64,000 bases of DNA. Origin: Terriglobia bacterium. GTDB taxonomy: Bacteria > Acidobacteriota > Terriglobia > 20CM-2-55-15. The stretch lies in assembly GCA_963664115.2 (NCBI GenBank), contig CAXWPJ010000002.1:224001-288000 (forward strand). The letters are read 5' to 3'. Every line of letters begins with the position of its first letter. Position 1 is the stretch's first letter. Shown here piece by piece: positions 39,705 through 48,662 of this stretch. The position numbers and the translations under genes are program-made. The notes under the pieces were generated by a model, which saw only the letters and a program-made list of their open reading frames with translations, was not told where the DNA came from and did no database searches.

Positions 39705-39995
39705 GGAGTGTCCGCTTGTCCCTTCAAGGCCTTGCCCAGCTTGAGTCGCAGGCGGTCCTCGATCCAGTGGTCATCCCACCATTCCACCGGGTTTACCGGC
39801 AGACCGTGCAGGAACATCGCGAAGTGCAATGTGTCACCACCGGCAAGATCGGTCTCGCCCTTGCGGCCCAGAGTATCGCCGCGGGCAACTTCCTGCCTCT
39901 CGCTGACGTCCACCGAGGAGAGGTGGCCGTAAAGAGACATCAAACTGTAGCCATGGTTGACCACCGCATTGCCGTAAATGCCGAACGAGCCGGCT
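39701..39995 (-). pseudogene. 3' fragment of M23 family peptidase
   Basis: GIYGNAV.NHG..LMSLYGHLS..GETDLAGGDTLHF..PVNPVEWWD; N-terminal part absent. Confidence 0.8.
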
Positions 39996-40297
39996 CTCAA
40001 GATAATAAGGCCGACAGCGTGCACCTCTCAGGTGCATTATCACCCGTTTCTCATGTATCCGTTCTATCGGTGGAAATCCAGAGGAACTCAAACAACAAGT
40101 GCCAGTGTCGGGATTCGGGTCGTCAGGTCCTTACAAATGCGGTTGTAGGGCTTTACCATCTGGCATTAATGGCGGGTGCCCTTAGCAACGAGCAGCGGGA
40201 TTACCTGCCATAAGTCGCCTTGTGTTTAGGAACGCGCTTCCTACGGCTGATTGCCAAGGCCGCTTCAATCGTATATCGGCTATTCGGACAAGTGTCG

Positions 40298-40338
40298 TTC
40301 TCAAGTCCTGAGAAATCATCTTGTCGGACATTGAGAAT
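40298..40338 (+). repeat. Palindromic site, copy 7
   Basis: TTCTCAAGTCCTGAGAA-ATCATC-TTGTCGGACATTGAGAAT. Confidence 0.88.
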
Positions 40339-40393
40339 TCTACAGGGGGTTAAGTGGCCTTCCTCACGAAGCCGTGACCTCAGCCCACCTCCA

Positions 40394-41437
40394 TCATTGA
40401 TCCGTTTGACAATCGTAGATCGGAATCGAATCTCCAAGAGCCAGCCAATAACCCTCGATGGTTGCGGGTTCGGTGAAGGTTTGCGGGTCAGTTACTGTTA
40501 TTTGGAAATCCAGGCGGCTCTGATCGTTGCTCACGGTAAACCGTTCCACGATTTCGACTGCCTCGCTTTGTGGCGTACCGATGGTGTCGAAGAAGGGCCA
40601 GTTGATTCGACTGGTTCTAACGACCAGGGTTCCCTCTTGCCATTCTCCTACCGAGTAACCCAGCCTTGAAGCGGGTTCGTTGGGAGGGGGCTCGGATCGA
40701 TTCAGATGGATCGTCCGCTCAATGTCGTAAAACTCGGTCCTCAGCGTAATCTGATCCCGATGATCGATGAACTCGAAAGGATGCGGATTGGTCATGATTC
40801 TCGGCATGCCTTCCGGTTCGCAACGGATCGCGAAATTGTCGAACATGTCCCATGACTCCCTTGCAGCAATCGCGGATTCCTGAAAGGGCAGGTGGGTAAC
40901 TACTCGACGAGCACGTCCACGTGGAACACTCCAGACGCGAAAAATTCCCTCACCGTCGCCGTTCAGCCCACGTTCAGCCAACAAATCTCGACCGCCAAGT
41001 ATCTCTTCCGACCATCGAGGCTGGGTTGGCCAGAGCAATACCTCACGCCCATCTGTAAACAAAATGTTGGTGGCGAGAAAGTCCAGCTCGTCGCGACTCG
41101 ATCTCCTACCGGCCACCCTCACACGCTCGCCTATTGTGAACAAGTCTTGGGTTATACCTTGGCGCTGCAAGTTATAAATAGAATTTCCATGCATGATCCG
41201 AATCTCTTCCTCACCGTTGGTATTCATCGTTTTTACAGCGATCCTAATGTGTGGGTTTCTCCACTCTAAAGCCACGAGTTCGCCTACCGCTTCAGTGATT
41301 TCGTCGACGTAACCAGCAACGGAATGGTGAGCGGACACGACGACGGGCCAACTAAAGAAGACACCAGCCATCGCAAGGCCACCAAAGAGGAGCCTCCTTC
41401 TAACCCGTTTCCGTCGTGTCGCAATTCGGTCCAGCAT
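40394..41437 (-). CDS. Fusion: DUF6152-like domain + 'GxWEGDTLVV' domain
   Basis: VSA-HHS...WRNPH...GERVRVAG, then FRVWS, CEPEGMPR, LGYSVGEWQEGTLVV, VERFT, YDC. Confidence 0.85.
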   Translation of the reverse strand: MLDRIATRRKRVRRRLLFGGLAMAGVFFSWPVVVSAHHSVAGYVDEITEAVGELVALEWRNPHIRIAVKTMNTNGEEEIRIMHGNSIYNLQRQGITQDLFTIGERVRVAGRRSSRDELDFLATNILFTDGREVLLWPTQPRWSEEILGGRDLLAERGLNGDGEGIFRVWSVPRGRARRVVTHLPFQESAIAARESWDMFDNFAIRCEPEGMPRIMTNPHPFEFIDHRDQITLRTEFYDIERTIHLNRSEPPPNEPASRLGYSVGEWQEGTLVVRTSRINWPFFDTIGTPQSEAVEIVERFTVSNDQSRLDFQITVTDPQTFTEPATIEGYWLALGDSIPIYDCQTDQ

Positions 41438-41585
41438 GTCTTTCCCTCCGATTCCCTTGAGGTAGGTCACATGAAAACGAAGAATGTACTGCATGTCAAT
41501 CTTTGTCTACGTCAACGCTGCATGGGCTCGTGAATCATGCCATCCCAACAGAGTCGGATGGCAGACCTGTCCATCTCCGAAATCC

Positions 41586-41623
41586 ATTCTCAAGTCCTGA
41601 CAAATCATCTTGTCGGACGTTGA
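41586..41623 (+). repeat. Palindromic site, copy 8
   Basis: ATTCTCAAGTCCTGACAA-ATCATC-TTGTCGGACGTTGA. Confidence 0.85.
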
Positions 41624-41718
41624 ACGATTCATTCCCAACCGTTTCGAAGCAAGGACACGCCAATCTGTCAGAAATCGAGATATTCGGAAACTCCGAAACG
41701 AGTAGGTTCCGTTGATGT

Positions 41719-42822
41719 GTGATGTCCAGGAACGATCGAATACTCACCCTGTCGTGTGAGAATAGAGTTCCGATGACTGGCACTGGCAACACGGGCAGGA
41801 TGGCTGGAGAGTCTGGCCTGTTCACGGCCTGGGAGCGGCACACCCGCCGATGGGCGCTCGTATTTGCAGTGTTGACGCTGGTGGTGTCCGCACTCGTCAC
41901 ATTCGTGTTCATGCGCACGGGTCGGGATGGGGCGGTCGCGCTTGTGTTTACGTTGATCCCGGCACTTGTGGTTTACGCCTGGTGGACACGGAGGATCCGA
42001 CGCCGGCGAGCCATCCTCCGTAAACCATTCCCACGCGAATGGGAAGCGGTACTGCAGCGAGACGTCGTCTTCTTTAGGGTGCTCGACGGATCAGACCAAC
42101 AGCGGTTTCGTCGTCAGCTACAGGTGTTTCTGGGAGAGAAGCGAATTACAGGCATCAAAGTACAGCTCGATACGACGACACGCGTGCTTGCCGCCACCAG
42201 CGCCATCATTCCCATCTTCGGATTCCCCGACTGGGAATGGGACCAGATTAACGAGGTGCTGATCTATCCGACACGGTTCGACGGCAAATTCGAGTTCGGC
42301 GACACGCGAGCTCACAACACCCTCGGCATGGTCGGAACGGGCAGTCTGAACCGGCTTATGATCCTCTCCAAGCCCGATCTGATCAACGGTTTCAGGAACC
42401 CGACCGACAAGCGGAACGTGGGTGTACATGAGTTCGCGCATCTGGTCGACAAGACTGACGGCGTGATCGACGGAGTACCGGAGGTGGGACTCAACCGGCA
42501 GGCAATCGGGCCCTGGATTGATCTGGTGCGACGCAAGATGGCAGAAATCGAGGCGGGCACCTCTGACATCAACCGCTATGCGCTGACGAACGAGGCGGAA
42601 TTTTTCGCCGTGATAGCGGAGTATTTTTTCGAGCGGCCCGTTGTTATGCAACGCAAACACCCGGCCCTTTACGAGGCTCTCGAACGTGTGTTCAACCAGA
42701 GTCTTCGCGTTCGTGCGGATGCATTTCGGAGAGAGCTGTCCAAGGGTCGGCCGAGGTTCGGTCGGAATTCGCCTTGTCCGTGTGGGAGCGGACTCAAGTT
42801 CAAGAAGTGCTGTCGGGAGTAA
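41719..42822 (+). CDS. MtfA/M90-family zinc peptidase with N-terminal TMs and C-terminal SEC-C motif
   Basis: [54 protein letters not shown]; exact start uncertain. Confidence 0.9.
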   Translation: MMSRNDRILTLSCENRVPMTGTGNTGRMAGESGLFTAWERHTRRWALVFAVLTLVVSALVTFVFMRTGRDGAVALVFTLIPALVVYAWWTRRIRRRRAILRKPFPREWEAVLQRDVVFFRVLDGSDQQRFRRQLQVFLGEKRITGIKVQLDTTTRVLAATSAIIPIFGFPDWEWDQINEVLIYPTRFDGKFEFGDTRAHNTLGMVGTGSLNRLMILSKPDLINGFRNPTDKRNVGVHEFAHLVDKTDGVIDGVPEVGLNRQAIGPWIDLVRRKMAEIEAGTSDINRYALTNEAEFFAVIAEYFFERPVVMQRKHPALYEALERVFNQSLRVRADAFRRELSKGRPRFGRNSPCPCGSGLKFKKCCRE

Positions 42823-42917
42823 CCCTGTGACAGCAATCGTATTTTCACTTTCGCGCGCGACTGGCGTAATTGGGGGGCGGACCTTGTAGGGTAGAGCGGT
42901 GCTGAGCCCTGAAATCC

Positions 42918-42959
42918 ATTCTCAAGTCCCGAAAAATCATCTTGTCGGACATTGAGAAT
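42918..42959 (+). repeat. Palindromic site, copy 9
   Basis: ATTCTCAAGTCCCGAAAA-ATCATC-TTGTCGGACATTGAGAAT. Confidence 0.88.
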
Positions 42960-43001
42960 TTCACGGTGCTTATTGGCGTTAAGATCGCGCCGCCTGGCCA
43001 A

Positions 43002-43064
43002 ATGCCGTTGGCCTCAATCTGGTTTGAAGAACTGACCGAACGGGTGCCGGTGGAATGGGTCTGA
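43002..43064 (+). pseudogene. Kinase mini-remnant (K3): start-like codons joined to the C-terminal tail
   Basis: MPLAS-IWFEELTERVPVEWV*. Confidence 0.6.
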
Positions 43065-43115
43065 GCTATTGGCTCACACTCGAATCGCTTCTCACGCACT
43101 CCCCGCCGAGAACCG

Positions 43116-45086
43116 TTACGGTAGACTGAACGCCACCAACTCGGCGGGATGTTGGCTGTCGCCAATCGCTACGACGATGTATTGCTGGCCCCCGAACATG
43201 TAGCTGACCGGTGGTCCTGTCGTACCCGCAGGGAGTTCCGTTTCCCACCGGGTTTCTCCCGTTGCCTTGTCGTAGGCGCGGAACTTGTTGCCACCACTGT
43301 TCGTTACGATCTCGGCCGGCATTCCCGGTGGAACCCGCGGGTCATTGTCGACGTCGATGTTCGTCAGACCTTCGCCCATGAACAACAGGGTTTTGGTAAG
43401 CAGAGGCGAAGGCCGCCCGGGGTAGCCGAGCGGTCCTAGATTCAGATGTTCAATTGCCGGGTGATCACGGGGGCCGTCTCCATTCGGAACCATCCAAACG
43501 TGCTCGCCTGTATTCATGTCGATGGCCGTGATCCTCCCGTAAGGTGGCTTGAACAGCGGCAGGCCACGCGGTCCCGCGATCCAACGTCGCGTACCCTTCA
43601 CGTACCTTAGGTTCTCTCGTTCAGGATTGCCTGGCCGAAGGTCGGCCACAAACGGCGACGTTATCGAAGGGATATACAGATAGCCAGTGTCAGGATCGAA
43701 CGCCGCACCCTGCACATCACCTCCGCCCTGCGAACCTGGAAGTTGAATCGTTCCCAGCGTGCTATTGGGGCCATCGCCGCGAATCGATGGCGGAGTGAAC
43801 AGGGGGCCAGTGACGTAGCGCCGCACGATCTCAATCGCTTCAGCGCGAAGCTCCGGCGTGAAATCGATCAGATTGTCCTCGATGGAGCCTTGCAGGTCGA
43901 ATGGTGCGGGCATTGTCGGGAACGGTTGTGTCGGAGAAGTCTGCTCGCCCGGTGTCGTCGACTGAGGTACAAGCCGGTCTTCGATGGGCCAGACCGGCTC
44001 GCCGGTCTCGCGGTCAAAAACGAAAGTGAACGCCTGCTTTGTGATTTGCGCGACTGCTTTGATCGGCTGACCATCCACCGTGATGTCCATCAGAATGGGT
44101 GCTGCGGGAAGATCGTAATCCCACAAGCCATGACGGACGGTTTGGAAGTGCCATACTCTTTCCCCGGTCTCTGCGTCCACCGCGACGAGGCTCTGACTGA
44201 ACAGATTGTCGCCAATCCGGTGGCCGCCATACATGTCACTCGTTGCTGACGAGATCGGCATGTAGACGTAACCGAGATCTTCATCGGCGCTGAACAACGC
44301 CCATACGGGTGCATGGCCCGTATAAGACCATGCGTTGTCTTCCCAAGTGTCGGTACCGAACTCTCCAGCTTGAGGAATAGTGTGGTACACCCAGCGTAGC
44401 GCGCCAGTACGTACATCGAAAGCACGCACATCGCCTCTTATGGCCTCTTTCGTCGCGAACGTATCCGACATCGTATGACCCACGACGACCACGTCCCGCA
44501 CAACCAGCGGCGCGCCGCCCCACCGGTAGAATGCACCTGCAGCCAAACCGGTCCTCAGATCGACCCGACCCGAGTCACCGAAATCGGCGTACAGCTCTCC
44601 GGTCTCCGCGTCGAGGGCGTACATATACTGTCCGCGTTGGACGAGGATCCGCCCGTTGGTTCCGTCAGACCAGTACGCCACGCCACGGGTACTCACTCCA
44701 GCGAGCTCCTCGCCAACAGGAGGTTCCTGAACCCAGATTGTCTCGCCCGTTCCTGGATCAAACGCTTCGACGAGACCAATCCCGTTCGGAATGAAAGCGA
44801 CACCATCCACCACGAGCGGGAGGGTGGGGTAGTTGTTCGAGAAGCTAAGCTCTGAATTCTCATCTAGGTAATATTCATCCACGATTGGGCGCTGCCAAGC
44901 GATCTGTAGCCTGTTGACATTGCTGGCGTCGATCTGACTGAGTGGTGTGTACTTAGTGCCGCCGATGTCGCCGCCGAACGTACGCCACTCGCCGTCGGCG
45001 GCACCCATCTGAGCCTGGGCAGACGGAATCAGCAATAACGTACTGATCACGACACCGCACCACAGGGGAAAGAATTTCGTGGTCAT
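43116..45086 (-). CDS. Secreted PQQ-dependent dehydrogenase (glucose/quinate/shikimate family)
   Basis: KYTPLSQIDASNV, TRGVAYW, DMYGGHR, HGLWDYDLPAAP, FKPPYGRITAID. Confidence 0.92.
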   Translation of the reverse strand: MTTKFFPLWCGVVISTLLLIPSAQAQMGAADGEWRTFGGDIGGTKYTPLSQIDASNVNRLQIAWQRPIVDEYYLDENSELSFSNNYPTLPLVVDGVAFIPNGIGLVEAFDPGTGETIWVQEPPVGEELAGVSTRGVAYWSDGTNGRILVQRGQYMYALDAETGELYADFGDSGRVDLRTGLAAGAFYRWGGAPLVVRDVVVVGHTMSDTFATKEAIRGDVRAFDVRTGALRWVYHTIPQAGEFGTDTWEDNAWSYTGHAPVWALFSADEDLGYVYMPISSATSDMYGGHRIGDNLFSQSLVAVDAETGERVWHFQTVRHGLWDYDLPAAPILMDITVDGQPIKAVAQITKQAFTFVFDRETGEPVWPIEDRLVPQSTTPGEQTSPTQPFPTMPAPFDLQGSIEDNLIDFTPELRAEAIEIVRRYVTGPLFTPPSIRGDGPNSTLGTIQLPGSQGGGDVQGAAFDPDTGYLYIPSITSPFVADLRPGNPERENLRYVKGTRRWIAGPRGLPLFKPPYGRITAIDMNTGEHVWMVPNGDGPRDHPAIEHLNLGPLGYPGRPSPLLTKTLLFMGEGLTNIDVDNDPRVPPGMPAEIVTNSGGNKFRAYDKATGETRWETELPAGTTGPPVSYMFGGQQYIVVAIGDSQHPAELVAFSLP

Positions 45087-45224
45087 CTTCAGGACCTCCA
45101 ATGTCAGAAATCGTAAGGCAAAAATGGGCTGACTGAGTCTTTACCGGATGCTAGTTTGGCCTTCCAACCATGTCAAAAGAAAATGTGCTGTGAATCGTCA
45201 ACCATCCAGATCGTCCGATACGAT

Positions 45225-45302
45225 CACGCCCGCCCGACACCGCAGATCAACATCGTCTTGAACTGGTTTGAAGAATTGAAGGAACGGGTGCCGGTGCCGT
45301 AA
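45225..45302 (+). pseudogene. Kinase C-terminal remnant (K4)
   Basis: [20 protein letters not shown]. Confidence 0.75.
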
Positions 45303-45337
45303 AACAGCTCGTTCGCCCCTACCGCCCGCTAAAATCC

Positions 45338-45375
45338 ATTCTCAATTCCCGATAAATCTTAGCGGACCTTGAAAA
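45338..45375 (+). repeat. Palindromic site, copy 10
   Basis: ATTCTCAATTCCCGATAA-ATC-TTAGCGGACCTTGAAAA. Confidence 0.7.
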
Positions 45376-45458
45376 ACCTCCGAAATCGCGGCCAATTTTC
45401 ACAGTCCGACTGTGTCGTTTAGAGATTTTGATGCCTATAACTCCTTCCTTTTAATATT

Positions 45459-45659
45459 CTTTATCGTGATTTTCATAGAGTAAACTACTGGGTGAAGGGC
45501 GTGGAGTTCAGAGGAGATCTGCAATCTGGCAAATCGTGGTGTCGAATTGATTCTCTTTGTTACAGGCAGCTTTATCGTGATTTTCATAGAGTAAACTACC
45601 GTGGAGTTCAGAGGACGATCTCAATCTGGCAAATCGTGGTGTCGAATTGATTCTCTTTG
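45459..45659 (+). repeat. ~100-bp tandem duplication
   Basis: ctttatcgtgattttcatagagtaaactac...gtcgaattgattctctttg at 45459-45559 and 45570-45659. Confidence 0.9.
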
Positions 45660-45777
45660 CAGCAGCAGGGCCAGCCTTCTCGCCGGTTTTGCCCGCCCAG
45701 GGGGGCCGGAAGAGCACGATCCGTCATTCTGGCAGTGCCGACGGAAATGAGCAGCCCATCATGTGGAGGATACCAGA

Positions 45778-46173
45778 ATGAAAACCAAGTGGTTCCATCG
45801 TTGGTGGATCCAAAGTCTGAAACTGGTCGGAATTCTGTTCGCGGTTTCCGCCGCCCTCTATGCGCACCATTCCGAAGTGGTATACGACAACTCCCGCACC
45901 ATCGAACTGAAGGGGACGGTGACGGAGTTCCGCTTTATCAACCCGCACGCCACTATTCATTTCACCGTGGGGAACGCGCAGGGCGTCCAAGAAGATTGGA
46001 TCGCCGAAATGGGTCCCGTGGGCGGTCTCGTCCGCAGCGGATGGAACAAGACCACGATTAAGTCGGGCGATCAGATCGAAATGGTATCTTATCCCCACAA
46101 GGACGGTCTCCACCGCATCCGGTTTGTCCGCCTGGTCGTAAACGGAGAGGTCCTCCGCGAACGCGACGAATAA
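45778..46173 (+). CDS. DUF6152-like exported protein
   Basis: GGAGG RBS; LYA-HHS; FINPHA; WIAE; GW..TIKSGD. Confidence 0.88.
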   Translation: MKTKWFHRWWIQSLKLVGILFAVSAALYAHHSEVVYDNSRTIELKGTVTEFRFINPHATIHFTVGNAQGVQEDWIAEMGPVGGLVRSGWNKTTIKSGDQIEMVSYPHKDGLHRIRFVRLVVNGEVLRERDE

Positions 46174-46357
46174 GGGCGCTCGTCTTCGCTCAGTCGGAAC
46201 TGTGTTGCGGTAGGGCTGCTTCTGCTTCCCGGGCGTGGTTGTGAGCCTTGCTCTCTTTGCATTCCCTGTGGGAGCCGTCGCTGTGGGCAACCGCCGGGTG
46301 AGCGCTCCGGAGTGTCCCGCTCGTGCTTTGGCGCTCGTGATTTGGAGGAATTCCAAG

Positions 46358-47269
46358 ATGCGAAATCGTTTGCTTTTGCTTGGTTCACTGCTCGGTGTAG
46401 GAATTCTGCTGGTTGTCTCGCCCCCGACCTCGGCGCATGGAGGCCAGGCGCAGGAACAGGCCAGGCCGGTGCCCCGCCAGGCGGACGGAAAGCCGGATCT
46501 CTCCGGCATTTGGGCACGGAGTGGGTCGGTGAACCGTTATTTTACTAGCAGCGGCTCCGGCGTAAGTACGGCTGAGGAAGCCATGCGCCCCGAGGCCCGC
46601 GAGAAATACAGGGACCAGCTCGCCGCCGCAAAGGTCCGCACGATTGAGCGCGACTTATATGACCCCTACGTCAAATCCTGCGCTCCGGTCGGCATCACCC
46701 GCTTGATCAACGAGGGCGGCGGCAGCGGGCGTCCGTTCGAGATATTTCATCTCCCCAACCGCGTCTTCTTTCACTATGAGTGGGACCACTGGCCACGCAA
46801 CATCTGGATGGACGGCCGCCCGCATCCCGATCCCGCCGTCGCTCCTTCCACCTGGATGGGCCACTCCACCGCCCGCTGGGACGGCGACACGCTCGTCGTC
46901 GACACCGTCGGGTTCAACGACATCACCTGGCTCGACACCCAGGGGCATCCCCACAGCGAATCGTTGCGCCTGATCGAACGTTACCGGCCCCTGAATTACG
47001 ACACTATGGAACTCCAAGTTACCTTCGAGGACCCGGAAATCTATACCGAGGCGGTGGTCGGAAATACGCTGACATTGCGGCGGATGCCAGACGTCGAACT
47101 CCAGGAATGGGTTGTCTGCGACGACCGCATCCGCGAGATGTACGCGACCGATGTCTGCGAGATCACCGGTGCCTGGGAGTTCGAGGCCTACTGCAACCGC
47201 CGGGAACAAGGTCTGCCGATGGACGATCTGTTCAACAATCGCGGCGGCCCCACCGGTCCGCGTGAGTGA
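46358..47269 (+). CDS. Exported 'GxWEGDTLVV' family protein
   Basis: GKPDLSGIW, CAPVGITR, IWMDGRPHP, WMGHSTARWDGDTLVVDTVGFN, HPHSE, EWVVC. Confidence 0.88.
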   Translation: MRNRLLLLGSLLGVGILLVVSPPTSAHGGQAQEQARPVPRQADGKPDLSGIWARSGSVNRYFTSSGSGVSTAEEAMRPEAREKYRDQLAAAKVRTIERDLYDPYVKSCAPVGITRLINEGGGSGRPFEIFHLPNRVFFHYEWDHWPRNIWMDGRPHPDPAVAPSTWMGHSTARWDGDTLVVDTVGFNDITWLDTQGHPHSESLRLIERYRPLNYDTMELQVTFEDPEIYTEAVVGNTLTLRRMPDVELQEWVVCDDRIREMYATDVCEITGAWEFEAYCNRREQGLPMDDLFNNRGGPTGPRE

Positions 47270-47402
47270 TCGCTTTGCGCTGCGCCCCGCAAAGAAATTG
47301 CTGACAATGATCCGCTGGTTTACTACGTTGATGTCGCGACTCCGTTTCACTCACACTTTTTTGGAAAATAAATATAGGAATACCAACTAGTTATAGCCAG
47401 CC

Positions 47403-47440
47403 TTTAAGGGCTTAAAATCCCGTTGGCGGACGTCGAGATT
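47403..47440 (+). repeat. Palindromic site, divergent copy 11
   Basis: TTTAAGGGCTTAAA-ATCCCG-TTGGCGGACGTCGAGATT; same ATCCCG spacer as copy 5. Confidence 0.5.
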
Positions 47441-47514
47441 TCGTGTACACCTAACCCAAGTGTCTCGTAGACTACCCCCAGCGATCTAAGCCCTGACCTA
47501 ACAAGCCACTGACT

Positions 47515-47713
47515 ATGGAATCCGGCACACAACTCGGCCACTACTAAATCCTCTTCGCCATCGGTAAAGGCGGCATGGGTGAAGTGTGGAAAGCGAAGGA
47601 CACCAAACTCGGGCGTGAAGTTGCCATCAATTCGCTTCCTGAAGAGTTCGCAAAAGATGCGAATCGTCCAGAACTGGTTTGAAGAACTGAAGGAACGAGT
47701 GCGGGTTCCCTAA
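47515..47713 (+). pseudogene. Internally deleted Ser/Thr kinase (K5): N-lobe joined to C-terminal tail
   Basis: [49 protein letters not shown] joined out of frame to [16 protein letters not shown]. Confidence 0.9.
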
Positions 47714-47721
47714 TTTTCGAG

Positions 47722-47759
47722 GTCAAGTCCTGACAAATCATCTTCTCGGACGTTGAGAA
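47722..47759 (+). repeat. Palindromic site, copy 12
   Basis: GTCAAGTCCTGACAA-ATCATC-TTCTCGGACGTTGAGAA, 8 bp after the K5 stop. Confidence 0.85.
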
Positions 47760-47816
47760 ATGAACCAATCCCGCCCCATGCAGGCTAAGAGCCAGATTTA
47801 CCAATGGAGAATAACG

Positions 47817-48104
47817 ATGAAATCACTTGCGTGTGGTGTTCTGGCCTTAGCACTACTGACAGTCTTCTTGCTGAATCCCGCACGCACCACACTGGCGCAA
47901 ACGGGACCCGCGATGCCTCCGGGTGTCAGCGAAGAGTCTTGGATCCCACTCTCTGATCGATCCGGTATCCTGATCACCAGATCTGGGTCAGACACAAATG
48001 GTCCCCAAGGAAGGGTTATCGTTGAGATTGACGGCCAGTGGACCGATATCGATCTGGTAAACCGCCGAGGTGCTTTCAGAGAATTGAACCGTGAGATTCC
48101 ATAG
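47817..48104 (+). CDS. Small secreted hypothetical protein
   Basis: GGAG RBS, signal peptide MKSLACGVLALALL...TLA-Q; PPGVSEESWIPLSDRSG. Confidence 0.7.
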   Translation: MKSLACGVLALALLTVFLLNPARTTLAQTGPAMPPGVSEESWIPLSDRSGILITRSGSDTNGPQGRVIVEIDGQWTDIDLVNRRGAFRELNREIP

Positions 48105-48122
48105 AGATAATCGTGAAAATTG

Positions 48123-48163
48123 TTCTCAAGTTCTGACAAATCATCTAGTCGGAAATTCAGAAT
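48123..48163 (+). repeat. Palindromic site, copy 13
   Basis: TTCTCAAGTTCTGACAA-ATCATC-TAGTCGGAAATTCAGAAT. Confidence 0.8.
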
Positions 48164-48307
48164 CGAGTGTTCAGTCCAGAACATGGCTGTGATTGGGTTC
48201 TACCAAATGATTTCGGGCGATGGTGGAGTTGTGGCGACAAAAACGTCTGGAGCTCGGGATTGTTCCGCCCCGCGACTTGTAGCGGATTAGCGAATCCCTG
48301 AGATCCG

Positions 48308-48334
48308 TTCTCAAGTCCTGACATATCACCTTGT
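48308..48334 (+). repeat. Palindromic site, copy 14 (right arm lost)
   Basis: TTCTCAAGTCCTGACAT-ATCACC-TTGT. Confidence 0.65.
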
Positions 48335-48662
48335 TGCTGTACCAGCTATCTTTGCGACAGGAAATGACAAGCGCAAGATCGTCGTTTTTTTCACAGCTGC
48401 AGTTCACGTGGGCCTTGAACTGTTCCTGTGCAGAGGGTCCGGTGTGTCCAGTTCCAGAAGCCACGGCCCTCGTCCGCATTGCTTCCTCGATTGGCGTCGT
48501 CGTCAGCCATCGATTGGCGTCGTCGTCAGCCATCGCGATCGCAAGTTCCTCAGGCTCCTATACTCCGTTTGTTCACGCTACTCGAAACGGCTTCTTTCAC
48601 TTGAGATCCCGGTGTACACTCCCTTGCTAAGAAGGCATTCCATTGGAAAATGGAGTCGTTGC

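Noticed and set aside
38454-39932. 492-aa plus-strand ORF
   Set aside because: Antisense shadow of traB/M23 in GC-rich DNA.
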